NCBI GenBank assembly: GCA_963840455.1
Contig: CAWIYV010000001.1
Coordinates: forward strand, 64,001-128,000
DNA length: 64,000 nt
Reading direction: 5' to 3'
Origin: Nitrospirota bacterium
GTDB taxonomy: Bacteria; Nitrospirota; UBA9217
The position numbers and the translations under genes were made by a program. A model generated the notes under the pieces. That model did no database searches and was not told where the DNA came from. It saw nothing but the letters and a program-made list of their open reading frames with translations. This document shows, piece after piece, positions 1 to 8,249 of this stretch (positions are counted from its first letter, which is position 1; each line of letters starts with the position of its first letter).

Positions 1-1
1 G

Positions 2-958
2 GTCATTCAGCGGCCCCACGACATCAATCCCCGCTACCTGCTCGGCGAAGGCAAGCTCAAGGAACTGATCATCCGTTCTCAGCAGCTCGGCGCCGACCTC
101 ATCGTCTTCAACCAGGACCTCACACCGGCGCAGGTCAAGGCCATCGGCGACATCACCGAGATGCGGGTCATCGACCGCACCCAGCTCATTCTTGACATCT
201 TCGCCCGCAGGGCTCACAGCGGCGACGGGAAGGTCCAGGTGGAGCTGGCCCAGCTCAAGTACCGGCTGCCGCGCCTCTCGGAGCGGTCCACTGCCCTCTC
301 CCGCCTCACCGGCGGCATCGGCGGCAGGGGCCCGGGAGAGACAAGGCTCGAGGTCGACATGCGTCGTGCTCGGGACAAGATCCGGAGGCTTGAGAAACAG
401 CTGATTGCCCTCGGGAAGGCCCGCAATCAACGCAGAGACAGGCGCGTCAGCAGCGCCGTCCCCATTGTTTCGATCGCTGGATATACGAACGCGGGCAAGT
501 CCACGCTGTTCAACACGCTGACAAAGGCCGACGTGAATGCAGAGGACCTGCTCTTCGCAACCCTCGACACCGCTACCCGCAGGCTCCGCTTCCCCAAGGA
601 GCGCGAGGTGGTCATTACCGACACCGTGGGATTCATCCGCGACCTTCCCAAGGACCTCCTGGGCGCGTTCCGGGCGACCCTTGACGAGATGCAGGACGCC
701 GACCTGATCCTGCACGTCGTGGACATCAGCAATCCCCGGTTCGAACAACAGATGGAGTCGGTGGACAAGATCTTGAACGAGATCGGGCTGGACAATATCC
801 CGCGGATCATGGTGTTCAACAAGGTAGACCTCGTGAGCCCCCTCTGGGCGAAGGCCATCTCAAGCCGGTTCAACGGTGTCGTATGTTCGGCCATAAGGCC
901 GGAAACGCTCGGCGGATTATTGAAGGAGATCGAGGAGCGGGTATGGCAGGAGGGATGA
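2..958 (+). CDS. hflX: GTPase HflX (5' end lies outside the window)
   Basis: The frame is open from nt 2 (VIQRPHDINPRYLLGEGKL...). Motifs: DRTQLILDIFA, GGIGGRGPGET, G1 GYTNAGKS, LFATLD, G3 DTVG, G4 NKVD. Confidence 0.96.
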   Translation, partial: VIQRPHDINPRYLLGEGKLKELIIRSQQLGADLIVFNQDLTPAQVKAIGDITEMRVIDRTQLILDIFARRAHSGDGKVQVELAQLKYRLPRLSERSTALSRLTGGIGGRGPGETRLEVDMRRARDKIRRLEKQLIALGKARNQRRDRRVSSAVPIVSIAGYTNAGKSTLFNTLTKADVNAEDLLFATLDTATRRLRFPKEREVVITDTVGFIRDLPKDLLGAFRATLDEMQDADLILHVVDISNPRFEQQMESVDKILNEIGLDNIPRIMVFNKVDLVSPLWAKAISSRFNGVVCSAIRPETLGGLLKEIEERVWQEG

Positions 959-963
959 GAAGA

Positions 964-1079
964 GATTCAAGATTCAAGAATTCACCTAATCTCAAGGTTT
1001 CCTTCGCGTCCTTTGCGTCTTCGCGGTAATAGAATTTGTCGTTGTCCGCCTGTACGCCTGTTAGCTTGCCAGCCTGTTA
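964..1079. repeat. Adjacent degenerate tandem arrays with 7-, 9- and 8-nt units in a convergent intergenic gap
   Basis: gattcaa-gattcaa-gaattca (964-984); cttcgcgtc-ctttgcgtc-ttcgcggt (1002-1027); gcctgtac-gcctgtta-gcttgcca-gcctgtta (1048-1079). Confidence 0.75.
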
Positions 1080-1095
1080 GCTGTTTTCCCTGTCT

Positions 1096-2434
1096 TCACT
1101 TCCCTCCGATGGATAGCTCCTTCACTCGGAGCGTCGGGCTTCCGATCCGGCCTGAAAATCGCAGGTCATTCCCGACAGCGTCTACATTCTTCATGAGGTC
1201 AAGGATGTTCCCCGCGATGGTGATCTCCCGCACCGGATAGGCTTTTTTGCCGTTCTCGATCCAGAACCCGGTAGCACCCACGGAAAAATCGCCGGAGATG
1301 GGGTTCGCCATATGCGCTCCCATGATCTCGGTGACGTAGAGCCCCCGCACTGTCGACGCGATCAGCTCTTCGGGAGCATGGGGTCCGGGAGCGATATAGA
1401 GGTTCGTGACACCTACGCCCGGCACGCCTTTGAAGCCGCCCCGGATGCCGTTGCCCGTTGACTCTGTCCGGTCCTGATTCGCGGTGCGAGCATTATGCAG
1501 GAACAGCGCGAGCCTGCCTTGGTCGATGACCGTCTTCTTTCGGGCAGGAACCAGTTCATCGTCCGATGGAGCACTCCCCATGCCGCCATCCAGCAGGCCG
1601 TCATCGTAAACGGTGATGAGCGGTGACACCACTTCCGTACCCAACTTACCAATGAAGAGCGACTTTTTTTTCTGGACGTTCTCAGCGGAAAAGCCGCTCG
1701 CGATGATGGAGAGAACCTCTTCCGCAACGCCTGCCTCCAGGACCACCGGCGCCTTCACCGAATCGATGCTGCAGGCACCGAGCAGGTCCAGTGCCTTCCG
1801 CGCGGCCTTACGGCCGATATCCTCGATGTCCAGTTTGGCGTAGAACCGCTTCACATCGGATTCCCACCCTGCCTGGGACTCCCCCTTTTCCTCGGCGACC
1901 ACCTCGATGCTCGCTGACACGGCCGTTCCGCGGTAGGAGATCGATGCACCGTGGCTGTTCGCGATCAGGGTCTCCGCCTGGTAAAAGCCTGCGGAGGCCT
2001 TGCGGATGCGCCGGACCCGGGGGTCCACTGCGTAGGCCTCGCGCTCCATGGCCATGACGCGGCCGATCTGCTCCTGCTCCGAAAGTGCGAGCGATGGCAG
2101 GATCGAAGATGTCCACGGTCTGATAGGGTGATGAAGGTCTTGCGGGAATGATCGCGAAGGGATCGGGCTCGGTGTTCCGGGCGCCGCTTACTGCCGCTTG
2201 GGCAAGCTCCCGCAGGGAAGGCTCTGTGAGGTCCGTGTTGTAGGAAAAGCCGGTCCGGCCGTTGACCAGGACCCGGAGGCCCACACCGATGTCCCGGGCG
2301 CGCTCGAAGGCATCTACTTTCTGGTCCTTGATCTCGACGGAGGTGGAGGTTGAAACGCGGAGGAAGACCTCGGCAGCATCAGCCTTGAGGTCCCTGGACA
2401 GGGAAAGGATCTTGTATGCCGTCCGATCATCCAT
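1096..2434 (-). CDS. pmbA: PmbA/TldE metalloprotease partner subunit, split by one extra base near 2089
   Basis: The N-terminal ORF (AEVFLRVSTSTSVEIKDQKV...GVGLRVLVNGRTGFS) joins the C-terminal ORF (ANPISGDFSVGATGFWIENGK...ITIAGN...SPTLRV). Removing one base gives ...DPAIAALSEQEQIGRVMAMERE. Confidence 0.88.
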
Positions 2435-2505
2435 GCTGTCTTCCCGATGTCCTCTTCTCCGTGCCGCTGCAGTGCCATCATCATCACGCGGCTCGCGACG
2501 GATGG

Positions 2506-2874
2506 TTATTCGAAATAGCTGGCCGACGCCGAGTCCGATTCCCAGACCGTGACGCTGGCGACCTCGACGTTGTCGTCGTTGAGCTTCTTCGCCAGCGTGT
2601 CATAGATCCACTTGGCGAGGTTCTCCGAAGACGGATTGATCTGCGTGAACGGGAAGATATCGTTCAGGAAGGTGTGTTCGAGCTGGTCCAGCACATCGCG
2701 GAGCGCCTTCTTGAGGTCGTGGAAGTCGATCGCCAGCCCCTGTTCGTTCAGTCGTTCCGCGGTAACGGCCACCGTCACCCTCCAGTTGTGGCCGTGGAGG
2801 TTCTCGCACTTGCCCTTGTAGCCGCGCAGCTGGTGCGCAGCGGCGAACTTGGATTCCACCATCAGTTCATACAT
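2506..2874 (-). CDS. queD: 6-carboxy-5,6,7,8-tetrahydropterin synthase
   Basis: FAAAHQL, CENLHGHNW, IDF, NPSSENLA and VWES motifs. Confidence 0.95.
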   Translation of the reverse strand: MYELMVESKFAAAHQLRGYKGKCENLHGHNWRVTVAVTAERLNEQGLAIDFHDLKKALRDVLDQLEHTFLNDIFPFTQINPSSENLAKWIYDTLAKKLNDDNVEVASVTVWESDSASASYFE

Positions 2875-2910
2875 GGCGGTGATAATAAGTCAGCGATGGG
2901 AAAAAGTCAA
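2875..2910 (-). promoter_or_regulatory. Sigma-70 promoter of queD, probably leaderless
   Basis: Minus strand reads TTGACT-N17-TATTAT-N7-ATG with no Shine-Dalgarno. Confidence 0.7.
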
Positions 2911-2927
2911 CAGTGAAAAGGGACGGG

Positions 2928-4352
2928 TGTCAAGCCAAAGTAGAAATGTCCTATTCTTACCAAAATAGAAATGTCCGGTTTTTACGGTGCCGATAGAGGC
3001 TGCTCTCGACGTCGTCTAGGTGTGAGGGCGGGCCTCGTTTTCCAGGGATGATCGGTCGGAGGTATCCAAGGCTTCTTTGCTGGGAACAGGGGGAGTGGCC
3101 CCGGCGTTTCCCTTGGCGGCTGTTCCGTAATCATCCGATAGCGCAGGTCCTGGCCGTTGTAAGTGATATGCAAACTGCCGTCAAGACGCGCCTCCACGGT
3201 GACCTTCTTGGCCCGGGTCATCTGCTCGATCTGGTAAAGCTTGCCGTTGTACGCGATCGTAAAGTCGTTCTTGACCGTCCGCTCCTCCTTGATGCAGAAG
3301 ATGCGGTCGAGTTCTCTTGCATGCGGGGCCGGCCGGTGCAGGTCGGCCTTGAGACGAGCCTGTTTCCGGAACCGACTGTTATGCTTCGGCAGATAGGCGT
3401 CCAGGAAGGTATTCGCCTCGTCGACGTTCTTGATCCCCCGAAGGCGCATCTCCCGGACTAAGCGGTCCTGCAGCGTCTTGAACAGTCGTTCCACCCTGCC
3501 CTTGGCCTGGGGAGAGTTGGCGTGGATGACCTCGACCTCCAAGGCCGCCAAGCTCTTCTCAAAATGGCTCATGGGCTCCCGGCCGGACAACTGTTCGTCG
3601 ATGGTCGGCTTAGCCCATGACTTGTACGTGGTGTGCTTGTCCAGATAGACGCTCTGGGGGATACCGTACAGCCTGATATACCGCTTCATGCTGTCCATGG
3701 CAGGCATCGTGCCCTCGTAATCATAGAATCGGCCATAAACGGTTCCCGTTGCGTCGTCGATGTACCCCATGAACACGCAGAACGGGCCCCGGCCCTCGAA
3801 CCAGTCATGATGGGAGCCGTCTATCTGTACCAACTCGCCGAAACAGGCCTTCCGTTCGCGCCGCTGCCGGTGCTTCTTCACTCGGCGCTTTTTATAGGGG
3901 ACCTCCGCCTCGTTCAGCCAGAGCCGGAGTGTTTCATCGCTTATGGCGATCCCATGGACCTCATAAAGTTTCTCCGTGGCATGGGCAAGATTGAAGTCGG
4001 CATACTCTCGCTTAAAAAGCTTGAGTGCCCGCTCCTTGATCTTCTTCAGAATCCGGTTGTTCGACGCCCGGCCGCGAGACCGGTGGCATATGCCGTCGTC
4101 GCCCTCGGTCCGAACCCGCTTGATTAGCCGCCGGAGCTGCCGGTCGCTCAGCCCGAGAACCGCTGCTGCCGCGACCTGGCTGACCTTCCGGTCCAATGCC
4201 TGATGGATAACGTGAAGACGTTTCGATTCCCTTCTGCTCATCGTGATCATGTCCTTATCTGCCACTGTGCCCTCCCGATTGGTAGGGCATTGTAGCCGGA
4301 ATTAGGACATTTCTACTTTGGCAGAATAGGACATTATCATTTTGGCATTACA
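2928..4352 (-). mobile_element. IS1202-family insertion sequence (ISTde1-like subgroup by TSD length), 1,425 bp
   Basis: TGT...ACA ends. Each end has two copies of a CCAAARTAGAAATGTCC-like motif (2935-2951 and 2960-2976; inverted at 4305-4321 and 4329-4345). The 17-bp direct repeat CAGTGAAAAGGGACGGG is identical at 2911-2927 and 4353-4369. Confidence 0.92.
2982..4265 (-). CDS. DDE transposase (ISNCY/IS1202 type, HTH plus rve integrase core)
   Basis: N-terminal HTH (AAAVLGLSDRQLRRL), GELVQIDGSHHDWFE, IDDATG, YLDKH, SPQAKGRVERLFKTLQDRL. Intact 427-aa ORF. Confidence 0.95.
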   Translation of the reverse strand: MADKDMITMSRRESKRLHVIHQALDRKVSQVAAAAVLGLSDRQLRRLIKRVRTEGDDGICHRSRGRASNNRILKKIKERALKLFKREYADFNLAHATEKLYEVHGIAISDETLRLWLNEAEVPYKKRRVKKHRQRRERKACFGELVQIDGSHHDWFEGRGPFCVFMGYIDDATGTVYGRFYDYEGTMPAMDSMKRYIRLYGIPQSVYLDKHTTYKSWAKPTIDEQLSGREPMSHFEKSLAALEVEVIHANSPQAKGRVERLFKTLQDRLVREMRLRGIKNVDEANTFLDAYLPKHNSRFRKQARLKADLHRPAPHARELDRIFCIKEERTVKNDFTIAYNGKLYQIEQMTRAKKVTVEARLDGSLHITYNGQDLRYRMITEQPPRETPGPLPLFPAKKPWIPPTDHPWKTRPALTPRRRREQPLSAP

Positions 4353-4419
4353 CAGTGAAAAGGGACGGGGAAACATTTTTCTCTGGATAATGCGGGGGTT
4401 TTTCGCTATTCTACTGGTC

Positions 4420-5091
4420 ATGAGACAGCTCAACAAGGTTTCCCTGTTCAAGGACCTGTCCGACGCGGAGTTCAAGGAGCTCGAGCCCTATCTCTCGACG
4501 ACCGCCTACCGGAAGAAAGAGACCATCTTCTCCGAAGGCGAGCCGCCGGAGTGGTTCTACCTCGTCCTCTCGGGCAAGGTGAAGATCACCAAGCTCTCGC
4601 ACGAAGGCAAGGAGATCATCCTGGAGGTGATATCGCCCACCGATATCTTCGGGGGCGTCGCCGTCATCAAGGGGTTCCCCTACCCGGCCAACGCCGTGGC
4701 CATGGAGGACTCCGAAGTGCTGAAGATATCCCGCAAGAACCTCATGCGGCTCATGGACCGGTTCCCCAATCTCATGTACTGCATGGCGATGCAGATGGGG
4801 GACCGCATGAAGAGCTCCCACGATTCCCTCAAGAACATCGCCCTCGAGCGGGTGGAGGCGCGGATCGCGGCGCTGCTCCTCAAGCTCGCCGGAAAGGTCG
4901 GCATCGAAACGAAGGAAGGCACGATGATCGACATGCGCCTCACCAAGCAGGACGTGGCGGACATGGTGGGCACCACGGTGGAGACCTCCATCCGCACCTT
5001 CAGCAAGTTCAGGAAGCAGGGCCTCGTCACCGAGGTCGACGGCAAGATCGTCATCAGGGACAAGGAGAGCCTCGCCGCATTCTCCTCGTGA
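4420..5091 (+). CDS. Crp/Fnr family transcriptional regulator (HcpR/Dnr-like, no Fnr N-terminal Cys cluster)
   Basis: cNMP-binding fold (IFSEGE...LVLSGKVKI...FGG...YPANAVA) and HTH LTKQDVADMVGTTVETSIRTFSKF. ATG 4420 is preferred because the ORF-track start at 4342 lies inside the IS end. Confidence 0.93.
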   Translation: MRQLNKVSLFKDLSDAEFKELEPYLSTTAYRKKETIFSEGEPPEWFYLVLSGKVKITKLSHEGKEIILEVISPTDIFGGVAVIKGFPYPANAVAMEDSEVLKISRKNLMRLMDRFPNLMYCMAMQMGDRMKSSHDSLKNIALERVEARIAALLLKLAGKVGIETKEGTMIDMRLTKQDVADMVGTTVETSIRTFSKFRKQGLVTEVDGKIVIRDKESLAAFSS

Positions 5092-5092
5092 C

Positions 5093-5506
5093 CTAGCTGG
5101 GCTGTTCGACCGGCGGCATGAGGGTCTTCAGCATGTTGTAGAAGAACAGGAAGATCGAGACCATTTCCAGCGCCCCGGCGAGCACGGTGGCAGCGACCAG
5201 TGTATCCGACGGGCTGTAGACATTGAGCGTGTAGAACACCAGCATCGCCACCAGACCGATATTGGCAATCCAGAACTGGGCCTCTCCCAGCTTCTTGCTG
5301 TACATCTGCCGTCCCATGAACTTCGGCAGGATGTGGTACCCTACCCCGTAGATCATCATGGATACCCAGCCCAGCATGTTGAGATGGGAGTGGACGAATT
5401 TGAGCGCCATCGCGCGCTCGCTGCCGAGCATGGCTATCCCCACCAATGACGCCACCCCGAGATAGACGATGCTCATGATGATGAACCGGCGAACGAACTT
5501 GTCCAT
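5093..5506 (-). CDS. Small 4-TM membrane protein resembling part of heme-copper oxidase subunit I (HxH motif)
   Basis: MDKFVRRF start after AAGGAGG; HSHLNMLGWVSMMIYGVGYHILPKF; four hydrophobic segments. Confidence 0.75.
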   Translation of the reverse strand: MDKFVRRFIIMSIVYLGVASLVGIAMLGSERAMALKFVHSHLNMLGWVSMMIYGVGYHILPKFMGRQMYSKKLGEAQFWIANIGLVAMLVFYTLNVYSPSDTLVAATVLAGALEMVSIFLFFYNMLKTLMPPVEQPS

Positions 5507-5563
5507 TGCGGACCTCCTTGGTCTGTAATAAGAGCAAGTATACCAAAAGGCTATGCGGTCTGC

Positions 5564-5579
5564 TATGACCAGTGTCATA
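5564..5579. promoter_or_regulatory. Crp/Fnr-type operator 1 for the leftward gene
   Basis: Perfect palindrome TATGAC-CAGT-GTCATA, 21 nt upstream of the -10 hexamer of an extended -10 (TGG-TATACT) on the minus strand. Confidence 0.78.
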
Positions 5580-5711
5580 CGGAAAAGTACAAAACCGCTG
5601 TGCCAAGTTCACGGTTCAAAGTTCAACAGGTGCTGATTACACTTCCCACGTCATCGCGATAACCGACTATCGTTCATCTTGAACCTACACCTTGAACCTG
5701 ACGTTCGTCCC

Positions 5712-5727
5712 TATGATGTGCGTCATA
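5712..5727. promoter_or_regulatory. Crp/Fnr-type operator 2 for the rightward genes
   Basis: TATGAT-GTGC-GTCATA, 20 nt upstream of the TATCAT hexamer (5748-5753), which is preceded by TGG. Confidence 0.75.
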
Positions 5728-5782
5728 CCATTCCCCGCAGTATCTGGTATCATATGACCATATCAAGTTCAAGGAGGATGCC

Positions 5783-5998
5783 ATGCTTGCAGAAAAGAAG
5801 ACCGTGACCAAGGATACGCTCATCGGCGATGCCATTAAAAATGTGCCGGGTGCCAAGGCTGTCATCGAAAAATACTTCGGCAATGGGTGCTTTACCTGCC
5901 CGGGGATCAATGTGGAATCGATCTCCTTCGGCGCTATGATGCACAACCTCGATCCCGACAAGGTCGTCGCCGAGATCAATGCTGTGCAGGAGGGATGA
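5783..5998 (+). CDS. DUF1858 / hybrid-cluster-protein-associated redox disulfide domain protein
   Basis: VTKDTLIGD...GNGCFTCPG..VESISFGAMMH; strong SD AAGGAGG. Confidence 0.85.
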   Translation: MLAEKKTVTKDTLIGDAIKNVPGAKAVIEKYFGNGCFTCPGINVESISFGAMMHNLDPDKVVAEINAVQEG

Positions 5999-5999
5999 T

Positions 6000-6137
6000 A
6001 TGGGAAAACCTGAACTGAAGTGCTTCGTCTGCGGTTCTGAGGACAAGGAAAAGACCTATCTCCCCTGCTACAACGAGGGCAAGGAAAAGATCGTCTGCAC
6101 CCGCTGCCTGCCCACGCTCATACACGGCGCGCACTAG
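6000..6137 (+). CDS. 45-aa Cys-rich microprotein, zinc-finger-like (not in the ORF track)
   Basis: MGKPELKCFVCGSEDKEKTYLPCYNEGKEKIVCTRCLPTLIHGAH*. SD GGAGG lies inside the upstream gene end, the start is 1 nt after the upstream stop, and third codon positions are GC-rich. Confidence 0.82.
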   Translation: MGKPELKCFVCGSEDKEKTYLPCYNEGKEKIVCTRCLPTLIHGAH

Positions 6138-6261
6138 CTGCTCCCGCACGCTCCTCATTCAGTGTCCTCCGGCCGGCAGGGAAACCATGCCGGCCGATCC
6201 TTTTTCCCCGTCCTCCTGGAAATCTCTGGAAATCGAGGCATAATCTTGGTACACTGCGGTC

Positions 6262-6975
6262 ATGGACAAAGATCTTGCTATCGTGCTCGTAAGCGGCGGG
6301 ATGGACAGCTGCGTCACGGCGGCCATGGCCGCGCAGACCTGCCGCCTCGCGTTCCTGCATGTTAATTACGGCCAACGGACCGAGGAACGCGAACTCCGGG
6401 CGTTCAACGAGTTGGCGGACCATTTTCAATGCTCAAAAGCGTCTTATCGTGAGCATCGAGCACCTGAAGGTCATCGGCGGTTCGAGCCTCACCGATACCA
6501 GTATTCCCGTCCCGGAATCAGGGAGCGCTCCGAGGAAGCCTGACTCGCCGCTTTCTGCACCCAACATCCCCAGCACTTACGTCCCCTTCCGGAACGCCCA
6601 TCTGCTCGCGATCGCCGTTTCCTGGTCGGAGGTCATCGACGCTAAGAAGATCTTTATCGGCGCCGTTGAGGAGGACAGCTCGGGTTATCCCGACTGTCGC
6701 GAAGTCTTCTACCAGGCTTTTAACCGGGTGATCGAGACGGGAACGAGGCCTGAGACGCGCGTCGATATCGTAACGCCGCTCATCCACATGAAGAAATCGG
6801 AGATCGTGAGGAAAGGCTTGGCGCTCGGTGCGCCGTTCGAGCTCACCTGGAGCTGCTACCAGGACAGCGAGAAGGCATGCGGTAGGTGCGAGAGCTGCGC
6901 GCTGCGGTTGAAAGGGTTCCGGGAGGCAGGAAATGAAGGATCCCGATACCGTATGAGGACGGCAGCGCCAGATAG
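6262..6975 (+). CDS. queC: 7-cyano-7-deazaguanine synthase, broken by extra bases near 6425 and 6932-6942
   Basis: [43 protein letters not shown]. Corrected end reads ...[14 protein letters not shown]. Confidence 0.92.
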
Positions 6976-6976
6976 A

Positions 6977-8203
6977 TTAGAGGAAGCAAGTAACGACAAG
7001 GAGCAGCGTCAAGCACGACCATGACGATGACCGTGGCCCAAGCGATGAGATCGAATATCTTCGAGTTGGTATACTCTCCCATGATGTCCTTGTTGTTGAT
7101 CAGCAGAAGCATAAATATGAGCACGAACGGCAGCATGACGCCGTTCACTACTTGCGAGATGAGCATGATCGGGATCAAGCGGTGCGTTCGGGATCAGGAT
7201 GATCAGCGCGCCGACGACGATAATCCCGGTATAGAGCCACATGAACTGCGGCGCAGTCTTGAAGTTCTTGTCGATCCCCGACTCCCACCCCATTCCTTCG
7301 CACACGTAGTAAGCCGTTGCCAGTGGCAAAATGGACGCAGCGAAGAGCGATGCGTTCGCCAGCCCGATAGCGAACAGGATCGAGGCATTCTTACCTGCGA
7401 GCGGCGCAAGGGCGACAGCGGCGTCCTTGGCGTCAGTTATCGTGACCCCGTTCACAAACATCGTGGCCGCACAGGCAACGATGATGAAGAATGCTATCAC
7501 GTCGGTCATGATGCAGCCGACGATTACATCCAGGCGCGATGCACCGTAATTCTCCACTTTGATGTTCTTCTCCACCACCGCCGACTGCAGATAGAACTGC
7601 ATCCACGGTGCGATGGTGGTCCCCACCACGCCGATAAGCATCATCACATAGGTCGGTTTGAAATCAAAGGACGGCTTGACCGTATCGAGCAGGATCTCTC
7701 CCCACGGGGGGTGAATCATGTATGCTGAGACCACATAGGTCAGGAATACGGTGCAGGCGACCAGGAATATCCGTTCGACGAACCGGTAGGTCCCCTTGAC
7801 CACGAGCAGCCAGACGGCAAAAGCCCCGATCGGGACGGAGATATACTTGCTGACGCCGAAGATCTCCATGGCCGAGGCCCAGCCCGCGAACTCGGCAACA
7901 GTGTTCCCCATGTCAGCCACGAGCAGGCTCAGCATGAGGAAGAAGGTGGCCCGGACCCCGAAGTTCTCCCTGATCAGGTCGGCGAGCGTCTTCCCGGTGA
8001 CCACCCCCATGCGCGCGACCATTTCCTGCACGACGATGAGAGCAGCAGTGATGGGAAGGAGCGTCCACAGGAGCGAGTATCCGAAAGTGGGCGCCTGCCA
8101 CCGAATAGGTAGCGATGCCTCCCGCATCGTTGTCAACATTCGCGGTAATGATGCCCGGCCCCAGCACAGACAGAAATATAAGGATCTTATTCTTTTTGTT
8201 CAT
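6977..8203 (-). CDS. NRAMP-related divalent metal (likely Mg2+) transporter, broken by three +1 insertions
   Basis: [44 protein letters not shown] and SQVVNG are spread over three frames, with shifts near 8085, 7178 and 7011. Confidence 0.88.
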
Positions 8204-8249
8204 TGTCTTTCAGACCCAGCACGCGGTAGGAACCGAGATGCGGTGTGTA

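Noticed and set aside
2875-2927. dif/XerCD site targeted by the IS, or a preQ1 riboswitch for queD/queC
   Set aside because: No XerC/XerD arms are visible and the TSD is 17 bp rather than 5-6 bp; both que genes appear leaderless, leaving no room for an aptamer.
4342-4419. N-terminal extensions in the ORF track (Crp/Fnr, accB, efp, lepA, nupC, hypD and others)
   Set aside because: They overlap IS ends or neighbouring genes; downstream starts have an SD or promoter and match family N-termini.
5590-5606. Sigma-54 promoter (TTGGCAC on the minus strand)
   Set aside because: The -12 TTGC element is missing at the required spacing.
6420-6440. Programmed frameshifting in queC, pmbA or the NRAMP gene
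   Set aside because: No canonical slippery heptamer with a stimulatory structure; several scattered +1 insertions fit sequencing error better.
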